A stretch of DNA of 64,000 nt, from assembly GCA_950097015.1 (NCBI GenBank), contig CATNEN010000035.1, positions 868,001 through 932,000 of the forward strand. Reading direction: 5' to 3'. The DNA is from Macrostomum hystrix (Eukaryota; Animalia; Platyhelminthes). This document shows positions 53,567-64,000 of the stretch, in pieces. The position numbers and the translations under genes were made by a program. The stretch's first letter is position 1; the number at the start of each line of letters is the position of its first letter. Under the pieces are notes generated by a model that saw only the letters and a program-made list of their open reading frames with translations, made no database searches and had not been told where the DNA came from.

Positions 53567-56500
53567 AAGTAGGTCCAAGAACTCGGCAGGTCTGATGTCC
53601 AGGTCAACGTCTTTGACGACAAAGGTGGCAGTCCTGCTGGCAATTATAGGTACATCGACACCACGCCTGGCATCAAGCGGCCTTGATCTGGCTTGTCGGC
53701 GGTGGACTGGCAGGCCGTGGAAGTTCGGCTCGCGAAGAGGCCCATCCAGAAAGATATTGTGGTCTCTCTCTGAAGCTGGAAAGACGAGAAAGCCATATTG
53801 GGCTGACAGAGGCTTCGTGTCGACGGCCCTGGCAGTGCCAGAAAAATTTGCGGAGAGCCATTGTAGGAAGCCAATGTGGTTTTGTGCACCTTGCCGGTCC
53901 ATCTCGAAAACAACTGGGCAGACAGCAGCCGGTGGTTTCCTCGGCCTGGCAGCGGCTGCAGTGCTGGCATAGGTCTTGGGCTTGGTCGTCGGAACTTGAC
54001 GCTGTTGCTGTTGAGCTGGTTGATTTGACTTGCTAGAGCTGCCAGGTGCGGCAGGGCCGGAGTTCGCCCCGCGGCTGCCTGGTTGCTCTGGGTTGCTTCT
54101 GGCGCCGGTGCTGCTGCCGCCGATCGAGCCGCCAGGTGCGGCAGGGCCTGAGTCCGCCCCGCCGCCGCCTGGCCGCCCAACTGCTGCACCTGGCTGCTCG
54201 TTCGTGGGGCTCAGTTGGCCGATGCTGCTAGCTGGTCGTTTATTCGGCCGCGAACCAGTGACCTCCTTCGACTCTGTCAGTCTGAAGGTTAGCGAGATTC
54301 GCATCCCTTCTTGCTGGTTCACTGCGGGGACTGAGTGCAGCAGCTTGCGATGGCAGGCTCCGGCCATGATTATCAGTGAGCCGGGCAGAGTTGGAAATCC
54401 CCACAGGACGCGGTCTTTCTTCGTCTTGACCATGAAGTTTCGAACTGCGCCGAAGGAGACAGTCGCGATGACGGGATCACGGCCCAACTCCGGCTCATCA
54501 TCGGCGTGATATGGAATATTGTCGGAGGCCGAGGTGTAAAAGTTTAGCAGGCAGCTGTTAAAATCGGGCAGATTAAGCCTGGGCTCATTTCTGATGCAAT
54601 CGGCAATCGTCTTCACGATCTCGGGCCAGTCGTTGTTTGCCAGTAGTGGCACGTTCGAGTAGGTGTACTGTGGTCCTATCCAGTAGACATGGCGCTGCTC
54701 TTGGGGACGATGCCGAAACGCGACTGGAAGGACCTCCTCGATGAGCCGCTCGTAGATGTCTGCTGCCTTCTCTTCGAGCAGTTTCGGGTAGTAGTTGACT
54801 AGGGCGTCCTCTTCGTGGCAACAGAATTTGGCGTCATCGATGTTGCAGGTGAGATCGATCGTGCCGATTTTCGCAGGAGCAGCATCCACTTCCATTCGCA
54901 TTTCAGGTTTGAGCTCAACCTGCTGTGCTTGAGCGAGGTCGCTGTACGGGCACTCAGGCTCGTCGCTGGCTGGCTGCAGAAGTCCTTCAGCAGATCGGAG
55001 GCTCTCATGCGTGTCAACGCCCCACTAAAAAAGCTTGGTCGGATTCCGATCGGAAATGCAGCTCGGAAACCGAGTGGAAATTTGTCCCGGGAAATCCATT
55101 CGGATTCTGATCGGATTTGACGATCGGACTCATCCAGAGCTTTTCGTTTCACTTTCCGAGCTGATATAAATGACGAAGCACAAAGCGAGTACAAACATGC
55201 ATGTGCTACAATGTAGCCGAAGATCAGTGTACACGCAGTCACGCATGTACATTTAGACAGCCCGATCCCGTCTGAAAATTCAATGACACAAAGACCGGGT
55301 GTGCATCATTTTACATGAAATACAAAATTGCTCAATGGCAGCAGATGGAAAGGAATAATAAGTGTTTATTTAGTGTTTACAAAATAGAACATTGCAGCAA
55401 CGCGTGGTGGGCCACCAAAGCAGTCACTAATAGGGTGCAGGTTGGAGACAGTTCGACAAGTATTTTATAGTTGTTAGGTCAATTTGATTAGGCCTAGTGT
55501 AGTGCGGCTGGAAATGTTCTGTTAAAATTGCACTAAATATTTAATTGTTGCTATATAGTAACTATAGCAATTGCAAATAGCATTATTATGTTATTAATTT
55601 CTACTTTTTTGACCCTTGAAAATAAAGCAAATATTAATTATAAATTATTTTAATCGTTGTCTAATTAAAATATAATCGCACCAGTTTGAAAAGCGCGCTG
55701 CAATCGAGTGAACAATTGTAAGGCGCTGCGCTGCGAGTGAACTGAAGACGTTAAATTGCTGTAGTGAAACTGTTCAAATTCGCGGCCTTCAAACCCAGTT
55801 GTACTACACTAGCATTTCGGTCTCGGAGCAGTTAAAATTTAAGTTAGCGCGAAGTTTCGACGAAAGGGACAATTTTTTACTATGCCACCAAGTTACATAT
55901 TTTCCTCGTCAGTGCTGTCGGATATGCGTTGCACTCGCATCGTCGAGCGACGCCTGCTTGGAGTGGGGGCGCCATGCCCGCCGGCCACGTCCGATTCAGC
56001 TGATCCCTCGTGGCTTCGACGCTTCCGGACGCCATCGAAGAACCGTTCGATTGCCTTATTGATGTCGTGCAGCGTAAATGAAGAGCCCAACGCGTCTGAA
56101 ATTTGACAATCACAACATAAGCAGGTTGTCAAGTCCACAACTGTTGACCTGAGAGAAATACATGTATGAATTACGGCATGAATACGTATGGTTATGGCAG
56201 TACCCACCCCGTACATTTATCAGTACGTTGTATCAGACAGTATATCACTATTGATATCACTATTAAGAATCAACTCTGGTAATTGGTACATATGCGACAG
56301 TAAAGCATAACCTACCCTTCACAATCCCTCCAAAGCACTTGTCGAAAGACATCTTGGAGTTCTCTTGTTGGCCACGGCCTCGGGCATCCTTGCCGCCAGT
56401 GCGATTGAAGCGCTGCTGGAAGTCTCGCGCCAGAAGCTCGTTCATCGCATAGCGAACAGACTGAGTCACAGAAGGGCCCAGGCACTTTTTCTGAATGAAC

Positions 56501-59500
56501 GAAGTCTAAAATTCACACATGAAAGCGTCTGGACCATTTCCCCGAGTCTACAGTACCGAAGTTCCGAACGCATGGTGGAAGTTTAATAGTAAGAGAAATG
56601 CTCATAAGATATTAACTAACCAGCGCAGTCTTGGCCTCCGCACTGGCAGAAATCTTCTCGACTGCACTGTTGAGGTCGGCCTCGTTTGCGACAGGAAGCC
56701 CGAATGGAATTTCGAGCGTGGGTGCCGCAGCAGCTCCCCGGAGACTGGACGACTCAATCGTGGCCTTTAGCTTCATGAGTTCGCGAATGCTCAAGAGCTG
56801 CAGACAGTAGAGCCCTGAATAATGAGTTGAAAGTTGCATAGTAAATTAACTTCAATTTACGTGCCAGTTCCAAGCTAGACGCTGTCGATTTCATCCACCT
56901 AGCTGTTCAAGCAACGAGTGTGCGCTGGTCACCAGTTACATTTTGCGGCTGTTGTCAACTACTGCTATCTCAGCGTCAATAACAATAACTCCATTACCTT
57001 CAACAGATCCCCACGTGTACCCACAAGCCTCAACCTGGCTTCTGGCTTGCGTTTCCAGCTGAGGCAGAGCTGAAAACTGTGGATTAAATTTTCGTTAGAA
57101 ACCGTGGCAAGTTCTGAAAAAAACTGTTGCAAGACTTCATGAAACGAGTTTTACAAATTACCTGCGCAGGCTGTCGCAGCTGTTCGCGCGAGAAGCTGGC
57201 TCTTGGGGCTGAAGTTGGAGTGCACGAAAACTGCCTAGACGGGTGTCGAGTAGGCGTCGAGCTTCCAGACGAATTGAGAGCTGCTTGAGGGTGCAGTCGC
57301 TCAAAGGCTGGGCTGTCGATCGACTGCGGTTCTGGTGGAGGTGCCATGGAGGTGCGGTTCTGAAGTTTCCTGACAGTGCTCTGCGCCATTGTGCCGTCGT
57401 AGGCCTGGGTTGGTAAAGAAATGATTAGAATAGATAATTTTTTTCTCAGCACGTTAATCTGTAACATAGTAGGAGAAATGATATACTCAACAGTAACCAT
57501 ACACGCATTGAATGAGATGATGCAGACATAACAGAGGTGTATAGATATAAACATAACAATGTGATGTGTGACAACAAGCCGTCACGCTAGCCTGGCATTG
57601 GGGTGAGGTGAAGACAGTGTTAGATTAGAGAAATTAAAGAAAAGAATAAAATCCAAACTATTAAAACTGTCTCAATCATTTTGTAATATGTCTGGCAAAC
57701 TGCCAAGTGCAATAATTTGAAATTAATAAGCATACTGTACTCCAAATGCATGAATACATAAAGACTATAAATGCTTGACATTTTTAAATAGACACAAATG
57801 TAAGCACGTACTTCTGCAATTCCCGAAGCTTGCAGAGTTGGCAGTGGAGGGAGGCAAACAACACCAGAAGACCCAGACAATGATTCACTTCTCTGTGTGG
57901 GACCCCGGTTGGCTTGTCCATGGCTGGCTGCATCAGCAACCTACAATTATATTATTTTATATTTTATATTAACGCACGTGGCAGACCTTAGTTGTATACT
58001 AAATATTAAATTAAATTTTATTTTACATTATACTTACAGCATCAATATCTGTTGCATCATTGTCTGTCTCAAGATTCTTCATAGGAGGAAATGTCTGTCT
58101 TTTGTTGGATCGAACACGATCTGGCAGAATCTTTAGTAGCTTGCTTGGACGATAGTGCTTCTCTTTGACCACAGCTCGTAGCATGGCTACAGTGTCACTG
58201 GTGTCACAGGCATGTGGAACAACTTGCAAAACAATGCAATCTTCCAACTTGTCATTATATATTACCTGAATATGAACTTCTTCAAGTTTGTCCACTTGCC
58301 TCCATTGCTCAATAGTCCACTTAGTAAAAGAGCCAAGAAGGCAATCTTCCTCATCAGCTTCTATTACTTCATAGTCAGAGGTAAAATACACAATAAACTT
58401 CATTGAGTCACTGCAACAAGATTACTGAACTAAAGTTTTATTATTTAATGATTTAGCAACTGCACAAGACACTGCATGTACTAAGAAGGACTATTTACTC
58501 ATTGTGGTGTAATGTTGGCCAAGCAGTAACTAAAGTTTTTACAGCATAATATGGCACATAACATGTAATTATTCCATTGGAACAAGTGAGTTACAAATTT
58601 AGAGGATACACAAAAAATGTTTATTGAATTGTTCATAGGGGCCTATTGCTACTTGCTAACTTACTAGTAGACAACTTGTCAAAATACATTTACACTAGAA
58701 TTCTGCCACAAAAATCATAAATAGTCTGACTAGGACATTCACATTGAAGGACACATTACTTAAATAATACGTACTCATATTTGCAAGCACTTAGGAAGGT
58801 TATAATAAAGCATAGAAATTATACAAAACAATAATAATTGTTTTTTGTAATAAAATTAATTAATAATAATAATAATAATAATGATCATCTTATTTCATAC
58901 CATGATCCGAACAAATGCTTTAGTTTGTTAATGGCTATAATGGCTATACTACTTCAATATTATATAATATATATGGAATTATATATTTTTTTATTCTAGA
59001 CCTAATTAAATTATATTTGCTGACTGTATACACAATTACATTTGTAAACAACTTAGGCAAGACACAATTATGGACGATGGACTTCAGGCAAATAACTTGA
59101 TTTACTTGATGCAAGGAATGACCAGATAGTCTCCGCCAAAGGGAATTAGAATGGCCTTCTTAGAAGGTTGCAAGTTGGATACAAATGTCTTTGAATGCTT
59201 ATAGTAGCCTATGCCAATTGATTTTGATGGATATGGATAGGAATAAAGGCTTCTATCAAATGTGAGAACCTGGCCTGAAATAAGACCATCATTTAAATTG
59301 GTGACAATGACAACCTTTCCATCAACAATAGCACAGTTATTAGGACTCTTATTAGTAAAACCAATGTCACCCAACTTGTCATTAGAATATAAAAATCTCA
59401 CATTCAACAACTGGTTGACAGATTGGGCAAAAACATGATTGGTACAACGAATTCTCTTCTTGATCAATTGCAAGTAGTTTTCAAAAGGGAAAGCTGAAAA

Positions 59501-62374
59501 CGTGTCAAGTGGGCCATACATTTGCACAAACTCAGGAAGGTGCAACAGAGCATGCCAATTATAAGAAACTACACTGTTGTAATATAGGCTTGGTGCCTCA
59601 GCAACAAACTTTTTCAAACAAGCCTCAGCAGCATCAAAATAAATTTCACAGTACTCAGGTGAATTAAGGACTGAAATTGACCAATGCAATAATAGATAAT
59701 GATTAAAGTAGACCTTTGGCAAGGTATTCTTAAAAAGGAACGGACCAAAGTACAAAAGACATTGGCGGAATTCCGTTGCTTTAAAGTATTCAATGTCAGC
59801 AAAAGTGCGAAGCCGTCTTTGAAAATCTGAAGGAACAAATTCCTTAATATACATTATTTTTCTATTTATTTCCTCTTTTAATTGGGATGACAACTTGCAA
59901 GCAAGTCGAATGTGCTTTGCTCCAAGGAAGTAAAATTTGAGCAACTTCTTTACAACCCCTAAGTAGACAATATGCATTGGGTCGGGTACAAAATTGGAAT
60001 ACATTGGAACAATCCTGGCTAGTGGAGAAATACCAAGTTGGTTATTTTCACGCCCTTGTTCATAATCTTGATTTGTTCGAGCCTCTGCAATGGTATTAGA
60101 AAAACAAATTCTGTCACCTGTGTAATTTCCTACTTGACGACACCAACTACAGCCAAGATAACTGGAATGACCTTTCAAACATTGAATAAAGTTTCTAGCA
60201 GGTGTGTCACAGATAAAGACAATTGACTTAATAAAAATTCTTTTCATATTATAGTCAAAACCATTCTGTAGACCTGCAATTTCAGAACAAAACCTTTCTA
60301 AGAAGACATGTAGGTCAGGCTTTCCAATGCCACAAAAAAGGCCAAATGGCACAGGTCTAAAACAATTATTTACTAGCATCAATATAGGCCAAAGATTGAT
60401 TCTAGATGACTTGAATAAAGGAAGACCATCAACATTTACCCTTAAGGAAACAAAGAAGTTTGTAATTCCAGATGGAATTGTAAGGATTTTGGAATCAAGT
60501 AAAAATTTCAAATTGTCCACAATGGAGAGAAAGGCAACATGACCATTATTGACATTGAACCTCGTGATCTCTGTGCTTGGACACTGCCTCTTAAGCATGT
60601 AGACAGAAGTGGGTATGTCAGTGAAGAAACGAGCCAAAAGCCGAAGTAGGTAATTCATGGCAGCACTAGTAATATTGAATGTTATGTAAAACAATAGTAA
60701 CTCTTGCACCAAAGTAAGTGGCGGAGGTCTATTATAGCCAAGAGAGTCATCTTGTTCTTCAACTTCTTCATCCATTTCTTCCTCAAAAAGAGCATGCATT
60801 TGGCTATCAAAGTCCATTGGCATTGGACCCACTGCATCAAAGAATGTCTCTTCAGGCTCAGCATTGCTCTTTGTATCTTCATTTTGTCCGATCACATTTT
60901 CTAGATCTAGCCTAGCCTCAATATTTGTAGCCCCAATCGTCGGAAGCTCTTGTAGTATTTCTTGCATTTCCCTGGCTACCTGTCTATTTGATGCACGACT
61001 TGGCAAAGCCATTAAATCAAATTAATCAATAAATGACAATACTTATTTATTATTAGAACTAGCTTTTGCCTTATATGTTTTTAGTACACAATGTAGTCAA
61101 TTATTTTAATTTGCAGTCTCTTTCAATATGAGAAATCTAGGACTAGCACTAGATAGAATTTATAGAATTGGCCCTTGTTTACTACTTTGCGATGGTCTGA
61201 ATTGAAACTGGCTATGAGTATAGTACAATGTCAGTATATATTATGTATAGCTGGACAATTGGTGCCTATCATATACTGTACTCAAATATTAATAAGCTTC
61301 TGCAAGTGCCACTATGGTCAAAACTCACTATGCAGTATTGCAGTATACCAAATTGTTCTTTTTAGGTATAGTATAATAGTTTTGGCTAGCTGTTATCACA
61401 AATAAACAATAATAATATATTTTATTACTGAAATTAGCGATTATATAGTCCGCCAGTAAAAAATTCAAGCATACAAGATAATAGGAGACTAAAGAAATGC
61501 ACTAAATGAACGAAAGGAGTAGCATACTAGTATAGTATTTGCGTGTAACCACAGATGAAGTTGCAGAGAGTTCAAAGTTGTGGTCTCACTGTCCTGTGTT
61601 GGCTAAAGGAGCTGTGTTCAAAAGAGCTGATGTTCCAAGCGAGCGCAAATTAGTGAAAATGGAAGTGTGCAAATTAAACTGGTCAATAGCTTCAACACTT
61701 GATCGCGTAAAACAAAGCTTGCTAGCTGTTCTTCTTGCAAATTGCGAGGGCGCAGAATTCCCGTCTAAAAGAGTTTTTTCTTCAAATTGGACAGTCATCA
61801 TACTAGTTGATAAGTATGCTGATATTTTTGCGAAGCTTGCGTTCAAAATTATTGTCGGAAAGTGACGGCTCGGGTGCAGTGTAAATTCCGGTCGGAATAT
61901 GGAGCCTCATATTCCGGTATGTTTCCGGGGTGCTTCCGAGAAGCAAAGAAAGCCAGGAAATACTTTGTGTAGTTTTTGGATGTCATTGGAGCACATTTTT
62001 CATCGTTTTTTTGCTTGCAAATCTAGTTCCACCAGATTCCGATTGCCCTGCTAAAATCCGGCCAGATTCCGATGTCAATCCGATAACCCGTTTTTAGTGG
62101 GGCGCTTCAGATCGAGTGACCGTCGCATCGCGTGCCTTAGGACAGGCGGCGTGGAAGACGACCGACCCGATGCTCGCAGCTGATCTGCGTTGATCGCCGG
62201 GCTAGTTTCTGGCGTGGCAGCCGGTGGCTCGTCATTCGAAGGCTGCTCTACGTAGATGTGCAGCTTCGATAGCTGCTTTGCTTGTTTGCTGGAATTGTCG
62301 CTTTGCTTGTAGCGATGCTCAACAGAAGCTCGCTGGTCGGTTCTCTTTGTAGGTGGAGCAGGAATTTTGCTCAT
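53567..62374 (-). CDS. LINE ORF1-like protein: disordered N-terminus, AlkB (2OG-Fe(II) dioxygenase) domain, P/A/G linker and gag-like region; split by a CMC insertion (62374-62102 joined to 55018-53567) and 3'-truncated
   Basis: After removing 55021-62101 and one GC TSD the frame is open (…DLKR|VDTHES…KPEMRMEV…). AlkB motifs NSCLLNFY, YHADDEPELG, VSFGAVRNF, LHSVP and RISLTFR (about 54800-54281). ORF1-like TYASTAAAA and FVVKDVDLDI. Confidence 0.85.
55893..58403 (-). CDS. Multi-exon accessory gene of the CMC element (DUF4806/BEN-like C-terminus); exon structure not resolved
   Basis: Exon-like ORFs: MKFIVYF..., a Ser/Pro-rich linker, FGLPVANEADLNSAVEKI, SVRYAMNELLARDFQQRFNRTGG and DINKAIERFF. 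Confidence 0.55.
59102..61012 (-). CDS. EnSpm/CMC transposase, 636 aa, intact ORF
   Basis: VNVDGLPLFKSS..LWPIL, ICDTPARNFIQCLKGHSSYLGCSWC, PDPMHIVYLGV, FKATEFRQ, YNWHALLH, FSAFPFENYL. Confidence 0.93.
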   Translation of the reverse strand: MALPSRASNRQVAREMQEILQELPTIGATNIEARLDLENVIGQNEDTKSNAEPEETFFDAVGPMPMDFDSQMHALFEEEMDEEVEEQDDSLGYNRPPPLTLVQELLLFYITFNITSAAMNYLLRLLARFFTDIPTSVYMLKRQCPSTEITRFNVNNGHVAFLSIVDNLKFLLDSKILTIPSGITNFFVSLRVNVDGLPLFKSSRINLWPILMLVNNCFRPVPFGLFCGIGKPDLHVFLERFCSEIAGLQNGFDYNMKRIFIKSIVFICDTPARNFIQCLKGHSSYLGCSWCRQVGNYTGDRICFSNTIAEARTNQDYEQGRENNQLGISPLARIVPMYSNFVPDPMHIVYLGVVKKLLKFYFLGAKHIRLACKLSSQLKEEINRKIMYIKEFVPSDFQRRLRTFADIEYFKATEFRQCLLYFGPFLFKNTLPKVYFNHYLLLHWSISVLNSPEYCEIYFDAAEACLKKFVAEAPSLYYNSVVSYNWHALLHLPEFVQMYGPLDTFSAFPFENYLQLIKKRIRCTNHVFAQSVNQLLNVRFLYSNDKLGDIGFTNKSPNNCAIVDGKVVIVTNLNDGLISGQVLTFDRSLYSYPYPSKSIGIGYYKHSKTFVSNLQPSKKAILIPFGGDYLVIPCIK

Positions 62375-62626
62375 TGCTATTAAAGAACAATAAACTAAAA
62401 CACAAAGAAAAAATAAAACTAAAACTAAGTCTACTCTCACTACTGGTTAGTAGACTCTGGACGCGGGGTGGCAAACCGGTTAGACCGGCCTGCCAAACGG
62501 TGTGGATAAAAAGAAACCTATAGGTCACAGGTGTTTTTGATTAAAGTACAATTTGTGAATACAGGCTGAGTTGGGCTGGGACACAGGTGCACGTGAGCAA
62601 AGTACGCCTGAGATGTTATTCAATTA

Positions 62627-63046
62627 TTAATAAGCCAATAAGGCCGACGGGCCTCGGTGACCATCGACTGCTTTCGCCCGCTCGGCTTCGGTCTTTGGCC
62701 TGCACCTGGCGGCGTGGATGTTGCGGGCGCGTCCTGTGGCGAATTCTGCGCCGCATCTATCGCATTTGTAGTCTCCGCCGAGGGGGCCTTCCTGCGCTAG
62801 GCGGTTCTGCTGGCCAGGAGCAGCTGGGCAGGTGCTGATGTGTCTAGCCAGCCTGGCGAAGGTCGCTCTGCAGTGGGGACAACGATGCTGGCCGTCCATT
62901 GCGCTAGCCGCCCGGTCGGCGCCAGTGATGTCTCCGGCTTGGAGGCGGCGCTCTCGACAGGCTTTGAGGTGGCGTGGTAATCCTTTGACGATGAGGAGCT
63001 TTCCACAGGCTGGGCAGGCGGTGCGCGTTGTTTGGCTGTTGGGTTG
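62627..63046 (-). pseudogene. N-terminal fragment of an RLE-type non-LTR element with three zinc-finger-like motifs
   Basis: CPACGKLLIVKGLPRHLKAC, CPHCRATFARLARHISTC and CDRCGAEFATGRARNIHAARC lie in one open frame. Confidence 0.7.
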
Positions 63047-63524
63047 CTAGTCTCTCATACTATGTAAGATACACTCATACTCAGTTAAGTTCAGTACAGC
63101 TGTGAACTACCCTGCTAGTCTGTATGTATAAATATAATACAGATTCTGCAATATGTTTTTTGTCTTCGCATGTATTTTAGCATTGTTTATAATATTTAGT
63201 TTGCGTTTACCATATCATTTGAGTTTTTGTGATTAAATTAAGTTCTATTTTTATTATAATGATACATTTTTGTAAGTTTATTAATAGTTTTATTCATAAG
63301 TTGCGCAAGCAATTTTATTATTTTATATAATGTTCTACTTTTGTTCGCTGAATACTCGTATTTAATTTACTGCTCAGACAAGTAAACATATTTTACTAAT
63401 TAATGCGTAGGCTTGATTATAAGCGCACGGATTGCGTTTCGTGAGTGCGTGTAGCTTCTGAGTGAAATAAAGATAGGCGGTTGACAATAATTCTCTCACC
63501 TAGACTTATTTTTGCATTTCTTTT

Positions 63525-63715
63525 GATGCGCAGATCCTTGCTGTACTGCAGCGCAAGGCCTACGCGTGGACCAGGTCGTGTGAACACGATGCACTGGCCC
63601 GATTCCACAAAAACTGGATTAATAACGTAGTAGACCAATGGTCTACGTTTGAGGTATTAATCTCAAAAGAACAGAAACTACACTTTGATCTTAGCCAATA
63701 AGGCCGAGAAGCGAT
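63525..63715 (-). ncRNA. U2: U2 spliceosomal snRNA, full length (about 191 nt)
   Basis: 5' end ATCGCTTCTCGGCCTTATTGGCTAAGATCAAAGTGTAG. Stem IIa TTTGAG/CTCAAA, stem IIb GTAGACC/GGTCTAC, IIc partner TATTAAT, Sm site AGTTTTTG, stem III, and stem IV with a TGCAGTAC loop. Confidence 0.95.
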
Positions 63716-64000
63716 AAAAATTGTGAAGCAGATTGATTATTTTACTAGACGTACCTAGCAACACTTTGCACTTCTACCCTACTTTTCGTGTTGCACAGCT
63801 ACAGATGCAGAAATTGGCATGAAAAGTGCTTATAATCTTGCTGATGCTACTGAAAAGTGTATTTTTGATAGTGAACAGCTTATTTAAAAGCTCTGAATTG
63901 AGATATCTAAGTTTGCATCTAAAAAATCGAAACTACACGTTATTCCTATGCGGGCAGAATTATTATGTGCAAATAGCGCTACTGTTAGTACTATAACAAA

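Larger units (their letters stand above)
55021..62101 (-). mobile_element. 7.1-kb EnSpm/CMC DNA transposon; TIR CCCACTAAAAA, 2-bp TSD GC; potentially autonomous
   Basis: CCCACTAAAAA at 55021 and TTTTTAGTGGG ending at 62101; GC at 55019-55020 and 62102-62103. Subterminal (T)CGGA/TCCGA repeats at both ends; intact transposase. Confidence 0.95.

Noticed and set aside
62440-62520. HDV-like ribozyme at the retroelement 5' end
   Set aside because: Only a simple hairpin could be built; no nested double pseudoknot was found.

Overview
Eukaryotic DNA (spliceosomal introns, U2 snRNA; most likely an invertebrate animal) made almost entirely of nested transposable elements. No ordinary housekeeping protein gene was recognised. 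Left to right: (1) a 23-bp satellite; (2) a 5'-truncated RNase H-bearing LINE fused in frame to a small spliced RGG/zinc-knuckle/polyQ ORF; (3) a 3-exon RPA1-like two-OB-fold gene; (4) a decayed EnSpm/CMC transposase split by a Mag-type Ty3/Gypsy element (199-bp LTRs, GTCCT TSD); (5) a CACTG-ended element carrying a mariner fragment; (6) a 22.2-kb CMC element (16402-38599, CA TSD) containing a 15.3-kb Foldback-like Mutator element (22288-37594, 9-bp TSD, about 2.7-kb TIRs with 56-bp arrays) that encodes a spliced 1149-aa PHD-OTU-DDE protein; (7) a hAT-Charlie/Buster deletion derivative; (8) a DD30E IS630/Tc1 element in a further CMC transposase; (9) a rearranged Gypsy; (10) a LINE whose ORF1 is an AlkB dioxygenase-gag fusion, split by a 7.1-kb CMC element; (11) fragments of a restriction-like-endonuclease (R2/NeSL/Utopia-type) retroelement next to a full-length U2 snRNA gene with a variant branch-point-pairing sequence. 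The strongest novelty candidate is the AlkB-ORF1 LINE. All family assignments come from motif recognition by eye and no database searches were run. Junction coordinates may be off by a few bases.
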